Program-made: the position numbers and the translations under genes
The notes under the pieces: model-generated
Told to the model about the DNA's origin: nothing
The model's database searches: none
Seen by the model: the letters and a program-made list of their open reading frames with translations, nothing else
Shown: positions 9,225 to 18,918 of the stretch, piece by piece
How positions within the stretch are numbered: the stretch's first letter is position 1
Layout: every line of letters starts with the position of its first letter
Assembly: GCA_977018835.1 (NCBI GenBank)
Contig: OZ361256.1
Location: 7,488,894-7,508,893, forward strand
Direction: 5' to 3'
Length of the DNA: 20,000 nt
Source of the DNA: Minutocellus sp. GHC0000111
Taxonomy: Eukaryota

Positions 9225-12200
9225 ATGGCGACCTTCGGCGGTGGTCGTGGCGGCAGCAGTGCGCCCGGTGGCGTGGAGACCATCGACTTGTGTTCCGACG
9301 ACGACGGTGGGTCGGACGACGAGGTCCAGGTGGTGCAGGTGAATCGTCCGGGGAGGCCCGTGGGCAGCACGAGTGCCTCCTCGGGTCTGTCTCGAGCCGG
9401 AGGTGCTGACGGTGCGGCATCAGCAGGTGCTGCTGGTGGCGGTGGTGGCTTTGTTGAGGACGAATTCGATCCAAGCTGCATCCCAACCATTGAACGCTAT
9501 GTTCATCTTCCACCTAGTGGAAATAGCAGAGCCAGCGGCGGTGCTGGCACTGAAGCTAATAAGTTTGGACGGCCGACGGTGACGGGAGTTGCCTCGACGT
9601 CATCAGCGACTGCCAGTAGCAGCACCGGTACTAGCAAGCCCAAGTTTGTGCCCAAGTCCAAGCCAAAGACCAAATCCAAAACGGAGCACAAAGTAAAGCT
9701 GCTACTGCCAGCAAGAAGCGGAAGCACCCCTCGGTCAACGCTGGCGATTCTCGTGCTGCTGGTTCGCAACAACCGTCTTGGAAGCGACCGCCTGCCCAAA
9801 ACGCAGCGCCCAGAATGAGGGGCACCAAGATATCACCTCCGACTGATGGCATGTCTTTGTCGCAGGCCCATTCGTTATTGTTTTGTGGTGAGCATATATC
9901 TGATGATGATCACCATGCCAATGGAAGCAATCGAAAGAACAATAAGAAGAAGGCCAAGAAGAGCAGGAGTCGATCGACCAGTCCAGCTCCATCGATCGCA
10001 GCAGCCTCGGCCGCCAACATGTACAACACGAATCCTGGGAGGAAACGACCAGGATTTGGAGCGATGTGCAAGGAAATGGATCGGTACCTCAAATCCATTG
10101 CCAACGGCCGAGGGTGGCTCACCATGAGTCCCGATTTGGCCGACTGGGCTGATGAAATGCGGGAGGAGTACGCACGATATGTGGAATGGAAGAAGACCGA
10201 GAGACTCCAGGGAGGAGGCAACGGAAGCAACAAACGCAAACGATACCGGAATCGGCCCAAAATGACCGATGAAATGGTCGAAAAGTTGCGCAAGGTTGGC
10301 TTTGATTTGGATGAGAACACGGGCATGTCGCCGCCTAGAAAGTCGAGACCTTCGTCGTCTCGGGGGGCACTGCCAGTGACGCAGTGGAATGATGATGCTC
10401 TCGATGATGCCGCGAGAGGCACTGGGGCTGACAAAGACCCGAAAAATAGCAATACATCGGGCAACTCCAACTCTCCTCCAAAGAAGAAGAGACCACGGAA
10501 GAATAAAAAGCGGAAAGCGAGCGATGATGCTCCCAACCAAAATGATGCTGCCTCATCAAACAGTCATCCTTCTGATTCAGTGGGCATGAATTTTGGTGGA
10601 GGGAATCCATCCGATGCCAAGTCATCCAACGGAAATATTCGGTTAGATTCCACTACATTGGGGGAAAATATCGTCGCAAATGATGAGGATAGCTCCTCCC
10701 TTGCTCTTGATAGTAACGAAGGTCATAAGGAGAAGTCCCCGCGTCGAGTTTACAACGATCCTGGAGATCCAGTATGTGACATTGAAATTGCGAACCAATC
10801 CGAATGTGAAGATGGCGCGGATATTGGTGGAGAAGACGAAGATGACGACAGGGCCAACGATGAGGAGTTTGCATTCAATTATATTCCGCTTGTTGAGCGC
10901 ATTGTAATGCTTGACTCCGAGACGAATCAGCCCTTGTCACCGAGTAAGCAGCCTCCACCTCGAACGATTGGAATGGAACCAATAATGTCGCCGCCCCAAA
11001 AGGAGGCTGCGTCAGATTCTAATGAAGCACAGAATGTCAAAGCTGAGGGTGATAATGTTGGAACATTTGATAGCTTGGCAGAATCGAAGGGAGCTCAGTC
11101 CACTGAAAGTCTTGATGTGGAATCCACCAAACCTCCTGCAGAAACGGAAGAGCAGCCAACACAAGGTGGGGCGGTACCAAAGGCGGCAGCGAAAAAATCT
11201 GCAGCCTCATCTCCATCTACAGAGCGACCCACGCTACACGCAAAAGCGCAAGAGATGAAGGAAGAAATGAAGGAGAACACAAAGAAGGATCCAGGAGAAA
11301 GCTCGCGAAATTGTCAGGATAAGGACCGTAGTGCTTCGAACGCTCAAGATGATAGCGAAGCGAAAAAGTCATGCAATGATGCCAATGCGTCTGACTCTCA
11401 AGATAATGGTGACGACCAGGTATCAAAACTGCAGGCTGAGGTCGATGCATTGCGTTCTCAATTAGAAGAGGAAAGGAGGCGAAGAGAAGAAGCTGAGGCT
11501 GCCAGGACCCAACACCCTACCAATATTGTTTCCGGAGGCGAAGAAGAGCCCGATGATGGTAAGGAAGAAGTTCGTCCAGCCAAAGTGAAAACGGAAGTAA
11601 TTGAAATCGATGACGAAGATGAAGACGATGAATCAGCCGATGTTTCGTCGAAGCCAACTGCCAATGCTTCAGCAGAAGCGAAAGCCAACCCTTCTCCGCG
11701 TGAAAACGCTATCCCAGACAGTCAGCAGGTGAAGCAGAGAATGAGCGATGCGGTGAAGACAATCCTTTCTTACCCAGATGTGGCTCTTTACGATGCTTTA
11801 TGTTCTGCTGGTTTCATATTCAAGGAAATTGAGGCTGGTGAATTCCCAAAACTAGTCGATGAAAATGGTGTCTCTCTTGAGAAGAGAAAGGAGGAACTGA
11901 GCCAACTAATAAAGTCGGAGAAAGGAAAATGTGCGCCGACGAAAACAAACGAAGCAGCAAAGCCAGCAGCAAACAACGACGGTGCCAAAAAGCAAGCGTC
12001 CTTGCGCCAATACGCCAAATCAGCCCAACCCTCATCTCGAGCTACAGCCAGTACTAATAGTCCGACATCGTCTGCAGCAAGTACCAAAAGTAAAACTACC
12101 ACTCGGAGTAGCGATAGCACCAGACAACTCGCGTCGAAGCAATGCTGTATCTGCAAGGAGCTTCATCCTCAGTTTCGCTTTTCCAACGAGCAATGGAGTA

Positions 12201-12737
12201 AACGAAACGGATATTGCCACAAGTGCATGGTGATTGAACGTCAGAAGCAAGCCCAGACTGCTTGGCCGCCTAGACAGGCAGCCCAGTGGCTCCACCGTCG
12301 TGATCGGGGTTCCGAGAAGAAGAAATCATCTACTGCTCATCGACATGAAGATTATCTGTATAGTCAGCAGGAGCAGCAAGATCGCTTGTTTTCGTGAGGC
12401 TGCCGAGCGGGTTAAGCAGCAGCAGCGAATGGCTCAGCAGCAGCAGCAACAGCGCTCGGCAAGCTCCAGCTGGGCAAGCGGCGGTGGTAATAGCTGGGTA
12501 AGGGCCGGCCCAAGCTACTCGGCTCCAGTCGACGATATTAGCAAACTCCCTTCGAATCATTGGTCGTGGCCTGCTCCTCATGCTCGATTAGGCCTTCCAA
12601 AGAATGCTACGATTGCGCAGATCAAAAAGCAGTTCCGCAAAATGGCATTGAGGTACCATCCCGACAAAAATTCGGGCTCAACCAGCCTTCAGGCTTGGCA
12701 TGCCGTGAAGGAGGCGTATGAAAATATTAGTTCATAG
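9225..12737 (+). CDS. Large disordered protein with HA-like domain, C4 zinc finger and C-terminal J domain; two apparent frameshifts (about 9678-9681 and 12389-12392)
   Basis: Three consecutive overlapping ORFs (9225..9818, 9815..12397, 12234..12737). HA-like segment LADWADEMREEY...MTDEMVEKLRKVGFDL. Finger CCIC..FS..Q..CHKC. J domain LGLPKNATIAQIKKQFRKMALRYHPDKN..VKEAYENI with intact HPD. Confidence 0.7.
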
Positions 12738-12800
12738 GCTAAGGGCAAGTAATTACTACGTAATGCCAATTACCACCGGCGAATATTATTAGGCTTGGTT

Positions 12801-13940
12801 TTATCTATAAGAATTTGACCTGCCGACATTGATAAGTACCAATTGGTATCTTGAGGATATTGATCCTTGCGCATTTTCGTCAGGCTTGTTGTCTTCACCA
12901 TTGCCTTTTATTTCACTATTTGTCTTGTCTATTGCCGCAAATATCGTATCAGCGCTGAGATCGTCCTTCTCGACGGTGTTGTCCAAAAGAAATTGGGCTT
13001 GTTGCGTCCTCACCAGACTTGTCATTGTCGCACAAGTGTTGAGTTCGCGACCAATATCTCTAACGAGCGACCGAATATACGTGCCGCCGCCACATTCAAC
13101 GTCCAATCCAAAGGACGGCAACCCTTCGCCCTTTTCGTTAGTGGGGAGCAATTTGAGATCATAAATGGTAACCTCTCTGGCCTCAATACCGAGCTCTTCG
13201 GCAGTTTTTCCTTTGCGAGCTTCTTCGTAGAGCTTTTTGCCATCCTTTTTCAGGGCAGAAAAGATGGGAGGCACCTGCATAATTTTCCCAGTGAACTTTG
13301 GAATTACCTCCTCGATTGCGTCCATTGTCACATGATCGAAAGGTTTGGTATCGATGATGTTAGCTTCCGGCGCGACATCACCTGTGTCAGTTTCAATACC
13401 AAGCTTTACACCTGCGGTATATCTTTTGCTCCCTGATAGAAAGCCCTGGAGTTCTTTCGTGCCTTTGCCAACACCCACAACGAGCACACCCGATGCCATG
13501 GGATCGAGCGTTCCTCCATGACCCACGCGTACCACACCTTTTTTGGCACGTCGCCTCGGTTTTCGGACCTCAGCTCCACGGTTCCTAGCATCCCTTTCCA
13601 GTATCCCACATATGTAGGAGACAACATCATTACTCGACCACTCCAGCGGTTTGTTCACTGCAAAGATTCCCTCGCTTCGGTAGAGAGGTACGTCCTCTTT
13701 CTTTTCCTTCTGGGCCTTTTCTTTGGTGGCATCTTCTTGGGTTTCGTCTACCTTTTGCCTCTTGGCTGAGGGTTCAGCTGACTCGGTGGACATGTTCATT
13801 GAGGTCGTCGATAGTGATGCTCGGGTGACGATTCTGGCCGGGCTTGTGAATGCCAAGACGTTACGAGCACAACTGAGCATAACGATGACAAGCGCCACGG
13901 TGGCTGGAAGGAACGGCAGACGGCCACGGCTGTCGCTCAT
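12801..13940 (-). CDS. TRUB1: tRNA pseudouridine-55 synthase, TruB family, with signal peptide plus transit-like region (probably plastid-targeted)
   Basis: Motifs GIFAVNKPLEWSS, VGHGGTLDPMASGVLVVGVG, ETDTGD, IMQVPPIFSALKKDGKKLYEEAR and ECGGGTYIRSLVRDIG. The likely start is ATG at 13940 (MSDSRGRLPFLPATVALVIVMLSCARNVLA-FTSP). The ORF-track extension to 14300 is partly the kinase C-terminus and partly intergenic. Confidence 0.92.
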   Translation of the reverse strand: MSDSRGRLPFLPATVALVIVMLSCARNVLAFTSPARIVTRASLSTTSMNMSTESAEPSAKRQKVDETQEDATKEKAQKEKKEDVPLYRSEGIFAVNKPLEWSSNDVVSYICGILERDARNRGAEVRKPRRRAKKGVVRVGHGGTLDPMASGVLVVGVGKGTKELQGFLSGSKRYTAGVKLGIETDTGDVAPEANIIDTKPFDHVTMDAIEEVIPKFTGKIMQVPPIFSALKKDGKKLYEEARKGKTAEELGIEAREVTIYDLKLLPTNEKGEGLPSFGLDVECGGGTYIRSLVRDIGRELNTCATMTSLVRTQQAQFLLDNTVEKDDLSADTIFAAIDKTNSEIKGNGEDNKPDENAQGSISSRYQLVLINVGRSNSYR

Positions 13941-14088
13941 CGTGAGAAAAATGAAACGAAATGGTGAAATGAAACGACAACGGAAAGACGGGAGACGACG
14001 AAAAGACGTTCTTTCGGAGAGTGCACGAGGCTTCAACTGATACACAAAAGCTTGTTGTGTTGACGTTTCTATTAGCTTTTTTTTTCTA

Positions 14089-15609
14089 TTATTCGTCGTC
14101 AGGGCCCGGTTCGCATTTTCCATCTGCGACACATTTCTTCCACACGGGGATGAGCATTTCAGCGATTTCCTTGGAGCTTGCTCGTTCTCTCCAATCATGA
14201 ACATGCACCGTTTCATTGCCTCTCTCAATACTTTGACAATAGGGTTCTTACTCTCGAGCAAATCTTGCGACAGCTGAGGTCGTTTGCCGTTTTTCACCAT
14301 TCGTGTGACACGCTTGGAACCTCCCTTATCGTACTCCTTTCGAACGGATCTTCTCCTGTCAGCAAGCTGAAAAACATATTTCCCATACTGTACACGTCAA
14401 TCTTTTCTGTTTGAGGACCATACTCGTACTCCTCGGGCGAACGGTAGAGCCACGCATTGTAGTCCCCATATTCGTACGGGCAATTGCCAGCATTGCTCGT
14501 CGAGTTCCAATAAAGGAACGTGCAACGGTTGAAATCATTGAGTTTGTATCGCTTCTTCCCGTTGCCGACATCAACAGCAACAAACTGATTGGTGTAAATG
14601 TCGGCATGGGCGATGGCCGGCGCCTTGTGATTGAAGTTGTGCAGATCCGATATCGCTCGAGCCATCTGCACAGCAATGTTGAAACGTTCCTCCAAAGGCA
14701 ATGGTTCTTCCTCGTAAATTATATCCGAGACGGCGCCACCGGGGGCGTACTCGAAGGCACCAGAGTTGCCGCAGAAACTATAAATGTCCAGTATTCGCTC
14801 GGAACTGGTCAATTCATTGAATGTGACTGCGTCCATCCTATGGCGCTCAAAGGACCACTCATCCATATCGTGTCGATATCGCAAAGTCTTCAATACCCTC
14901 AAGGTCACGCCATCGTATTCTCGGACTGCCCAGACATCCCGAAAGTATCCATGAGCCAAAATACGAACCTGTCGATGCTCAAAGTTCCTCTCGTGACTTA
15001 AATCTGTCAGATCTACCTGGTGCACATTGTTGCATGTAGGATACGACATGGTCTGCCACTCATGCATAGGCACACACTCTGGTTTGTCTTGATAGGGTCG
15101 AAGGGCCCTGTGCTCGTCATTGTTGTAGTACTGTGAATTGAGCAGAAGATTTTGTCCCTTTTCATCCTCATCAGTCCATTCGACTGTCAGCCGTGGATGG
15201 GGTGGGTATGGCTCGTGAGAAGCCAAGGTAAATGCCGAATCGATAGGCGTGATGATTTGGCGTCATCGCTAAAGTAATACGCAAACACTCGTGGCTTGGC
15301 GTGCGCGTGATGAGCCCCATCGGATACCAGCACCAACCTCGCCGCGAGACACCATAAAACATACGCCAAAATGAGCGCGACTAATGTACCCCCTGCTCCC
15401 GCCTGCTTTCCGATATCGACCCACGTTTGCCACCATCGGCGTCTGTTATCACGACGCCTAGGGCTGTTGCCTGCCACCACAGCAGCAGCAGAGGTAAAAG
15501 GGCCTCTCGTGTTCAGTCGGCGGTCGGCGGCTGGGGAAGATGAGGGTCGCCGACCAGGTGAGGTGGAGACATCTTGCGGCTGCGGTCGGTGCCGCCTCCT
15601 GGCCTCCAT
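14089..15609 (-). CDS. Membrane-anchored (type II-like) protein kinase with HxD..QF and NDFN motifs; three apparent -1 frameshifts (about 15257, 14339, 14205)
   Basis: N-terminal TM segment LVALILAYVLWCLAARLVLV. Kinase motifs LAHGYFRDVW, VLKTL, AHADIYTNQF, KLNDFNR, YRSPEEY and EKIDVYSMG. The C-lobe continues in other frames as MVKNGKRP..LREAMKRC, then HVHDWRERASSKEIAEML..DDE, with TAA at 14091-14089. Confidence 0.8.
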
Positions 15610-16026
15610 GGCGTCAAAACACAGCGGCCTTGCCTACCAATGAGTACTTAACATTCAACTGTACTCGAGACTAACTCAGTATCTATTTGGCTGGCCATCA
15701 GGTTGGCCGGTTGGCCCAGCATTTGTATTGGGTATTGGTTGCGATTGGTCAAGTGGTTCTTCAATGTTCAATTGTTTTGGTTTCTGTCGCGCAATATCGA
15801 CGAAATTTATTTTTCGCGCCTTCGGCCTGCTGGTATGGCATCGATGCGACGGGCCTGTGTGTGAGGAAGAAGGCACCTTTTTGGTCCTTCATGCGGGATC
15901 TCTACCGGTGTATGTAATGTGTTTGATCTAGCAAACTTATGTGGGAACTTCCTACTGCTGGTTCTTTACATACTAGTATCACTCAAGAATTAGATCTAGA
16001 TTTACTCGCACAACAAATACTTCCTT

Positions 16027-17152
16027 TCACAACACATCGACACGCCACAAGCACAGTCCCTCCGGTGGAGCAGCGTCGTTGCCACCCCTATCCTTGGTCT
16101 GCGTTCTCTCCATTTTTGTTTCCACTCTTTCTTTCGTGCCAGTCGTTTGTCTCGATCTGCATATGTTTCGAGTACATCAGAAGCATCCATCAGAACAGAA
16201 TTGATGAGCTTTCGCATCATCCGGCGCAAAAATCGATTGCTCTTCACCTTGAATACGAGACACCCACTGTATTCATTGTGTTGTTCCTCGCGCTCCATGA
16301 TCGAGCTCCAGCAATCTCCAAATCCTGGAACCACATCGCTTTTCTTTTGTACGGAGACTTCGTTTTTTCGGCCCCATAATACCAACATCCAACATTCTCC
16401 ACTTTACAGAGAGTTGTTTGTGTCTTCACTTTTCCTGCTGAAATTCCTAGATAATCCAGCTCTTCTCCAACTACAGATGATAAAAGAACATGTGAAACAT
16501 CTGCCAAATCTTGCAATTGATTGGAATCATCGAACTCATCTTTCAATACTGGCAACACATAGACATATTCCCGTGCCGTCGTTGCAAAGGATGCATGAAA
16601 TGATGAATCGACCTCTTGAATACCATGTATTCTCATCTCTTCATTAGGAAAGCAATCATTCAGATCATCAATGAATGTCCCATGGTCTTCGATGTGATTT
16701 CTCTTCGCAAATGAAACCAAAGCGCCCTTGGCTGATACCTTGGCATCTGTCCTTCCAGCGGTTGCTACCCAAAGCTTGTTTGATATTCCAGCCACACTTT
16801 TGATGTGATCTGTTAGTACGCCCTGGACCGTCGGGTTGTCGGGCGGAAAACTTGGGTTGATCTCATAGCCTCCTGGAAATGACCTCCCATTGTAAGCCAG
16901 CATCATGGCATACGTTGCCTTTTGCTTCGCGGCCACAGTTGGATTGGGATGGGGCTTGTTTTCAGGCAGATTGGGCCACGATGGCACCGGCAGCTGTTGG
17001 AGGAGATCAGCGACGACGGCAAACTGCCTGTCAACGTCAACTGAAAATATTTCGTGACGGTTGAACCTCTTTGCCACAGGTGGCGAGGGGGTGGTTGAAA
17101 ATGCCACCATGGCTGTTTGGACGGCGCTAGCGAGCGGTCGTCTCGTCACCAT
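16027..17152 (-). CDS. TruA/Pus1-family pseudouridine synthase; two apparent -1 frameshifts (about 16365 and about 16100-16120)
   Basis: Frame 1 has LAYNGRSF.GY, TVQGVL, AGRTDAKVSA and FHASF..AREYVYVLP. Frame 2 has KSNRFLRRMMRKLI. Frame 3 has APPEGLCLWRVDVL, with TGA at 16029-16027. The probable start is MVTRRPLAS at 17152. Confidence 0.85.
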
Positions 17153-17336
17153 GGTTGGCAAAATTACTTCGCGCTTCCACTCATTTTCTCGCTTCGATCG
17201 AACTGTGCCGGTGCCACGAGCAAGTAGACGAAACTCTCGGAGGAAGTACGGCTGCTCCATCAACCAATTCGATCACTCCGCTGGAATACATCTGAACTCA
17301 TACATAACTCCCAAAAACGCACATCTTTCGACTTCC

Positions 17337-18806
17337 ATGACCGCCTCCAACGACTTGCTTGCCATCGGCGGCAGGTCCGCACAAATGCAAATGCTATCTG
17401 GCCAATGCGTCCGACCCTCATATCCCATTCATCACAGCCACAGCTTCCGTGAGAGCGACGGTCTCTCGCTCAAGACTCTCCTTCGCATCAGACCGCGAGA
17501 CTGGCAGGCGATTCGCGATCGCGTCGTATCTCATCCCCACGAGGCCATCCCCTCGTCCTTGGCAGCGACGGGTGGCACGGAAAAGCATTCCGGCAATTGT
17601 TCTTCTTCTACAATTGCAACGACGACCAACAGCAACCATATCTACACGCCGCTTCACGATGCCATCCAGAATAATGCCCCATCGGACGTTATCAAGGCCA
17701 TCATTCAGGCGTATCCCCAGGCTCTCTTCATGGGAAATGAATTCAATAGGACCCCCCTCGTTCTGGCATGCGATGACTGCCTCATTAAAGATGGCATCGT
17801 CATGGCATTGCTCGAGGAGCAGATCAAGCTGTCGCAGCAGAAGCACTGGCCGACGTTTGCCGAGGGCAGCGACGATAACTTCATCACGAGCACATCGCAG
17901 GGCGCCAAGTTTGCATCGTGGCTGTCGTATGCCTTTCCCAGGGAGAATGGTCAGATCCACTCTGGACCTGAGAATGAACGGGCCATGACATTTCGTAGCA
18001 ACATTGGACGGTATGTGCCTTCTGGAGGGTACACTCCATCTCCAAGCAGGAGAAGTGACGATGGATCCATAATACAACAAGGCAACGATAGAGATGCACC
18101 GCCAAGACTTCCTGTTTCGTCCAGCTTACACAGATTCTGGCGACTCTTGCTTCTGGAACTCCGTGCGCCATGGGTATTTGGCCATTCCTCCTCATTTTTC
18201 TCGGGTGGTGAATTGCCACGAGAGGTACATGCCGTAATTTCGGCGCAATGTCCTGTTCCGGTCGTTGGATTGGCCGCGCATTTGCATCCCAGTCAACTTC
18301 GTGAAGAGAACGAGGCTGGTGACCTTCCCCTTCACATTGCCTGCAGACAGCGCAGTACGTCCTACGCGACCACGTATCACAGAAAAGGAGAAGAACCGCA
18401 GACGGAACGGAGAGGCTCAGTTTCGCGTCATCAAAATAAGCGCAGCCGATGCATCCGAAAGCTAGAGACGCAGGAACATTCACCCACCACAATTGATGTT
18501 CTCGTCACAGCATATCCAGAGGCCGCATCGATCCCTGCCAGGGATGGAAGTATGCCTCTCAACATGGCACTCGCAGCTGGAAATACCTGGCGACGGGGTG
18601 GCGTCATGTCGCTTCACAATGCAGCTCCAAATGTGCTGGGACAGAGAGATGTTAACGCTGGTCTCTTTCCCTTTATGCAGGCCGCATGTGCCAATGGCGA
18701 AGATAAAACTTTCGATTATTCCGATGACGAAGCCGAGCTCGATCGAGTCGAGACGATATTTGAGCTACTTCGAGCCCTCCCAGAGGTACTTGCAGGTGAG
18801 GAATGA
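17337..18806 (+). CDS. Ankyrin-like repeat protein of the type expanded in diatoms
   Basis: TPLHDAIQN..IIQAYPQAL..RTPLVLAC, GDLPLHIAC, LVTAYPEAA..DGSMPLNMAL and C-terminal GLFPFMQAA..IFELLRALPEVL. The start is uncertain (17337 or 17385). Confidence 0.8.
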   Translation: MTASNDLLAIGGRSAQMQMLSGQCVRPSYPIHHSHSFRESDGLSLKTLLRIRPRDWQAIRDRVVSHPHEAIPSSLAATGGTEKHSGNCSSSTIATTTNSNHIYTPLHDAIQNNAPSDVIKAIIQAYPQALFMGNEFNRTPLVLACDDCLIKDGIVMALLEEQIKLSQQKHWPTFAEGSDDNFITSTSQGAKFASWLSYAFPRENGQIHSGPENERAMTFRSNIGRYVPSGGYTPSPSRRSDDGSIIQQGNDRDAPPRLPVSSSLHRFWRLLLLELRAPWVFGHSSSFFSGGELPREVHAVISAQCPVPVVGLAAHLHPSQLREENEAGDLPLHIACRQRSTSYATTYHRKGEEPQTERRGSVSRHQNKRSRCIRKLETQEHSPTTIDVLVTAYPEAASIPARDGSMPLNMALAAGNTWRRGGVMSLHNAAPNVLGQRDVNAGLFPFMQAACANGEDKTFDYSDDEAELDRVETIFELLRALPEVLAGEE

Positions 18807-18905
18807 GAAAATGAGGACGCACAAACATAATACAAATGTACATACCAACAGTGCTACTGACGACACAGTAGTAGTAGAAAATAAATAGAGTAAAAGCAGT
18901 AAAGA

Positions 18906-18918
18906 ACACACACACACA
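18906..18918. repeat. Short AC microsatellite in the convergent 3' intergenic region
   Basis: Run of about six AC units (acacacacacac) between the ankyrin-like gene and NUP54. Confidence 0.6.

Noticed and set aside
12801..12870. Possible ninth frameshift in the TruB C-terminal tail (ISSRYQLVLINVGRSNSYR looks UTR-like)
   Set aside because: There is no conserved motif in any alternative frame to anchor the claim.
13941..14300. N-terminal extension of the 499-aa TruB ORF, suggesting a kinase-TruB fusion
   Set aside because: The first part is the frameshifted kinase C-lobe and the rest is intergenic-like. A proper signal peptide starts at 13940.
16362..16368. A AAA AAC canonical -1 slippery heptamer at the TruA break
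   Set aside because: The incoming frame reads GAA AAA ACG, so the heptamer is not in the required X XXY YYZ phase, and the other seven breaks share no such motif.
7900..16400. Tiny spliceosomal introns as the explanation for the frame breaks
   Set aside because: Coding motifs abut across the junctions. At the best-defined sites (7918, 12390, 14339, 14205, 15257) a 1-2 nt change restores continuity with no suitable GT..AG segment to remove.
17061..17336. Overlapping 5' extensions of the TruA and ankyrin-like ORFs
   Set aside because: They depend on a non-ATG or far-upstream start. Downstream ATGs at 17152 and 17337 give a normal divergent pair.
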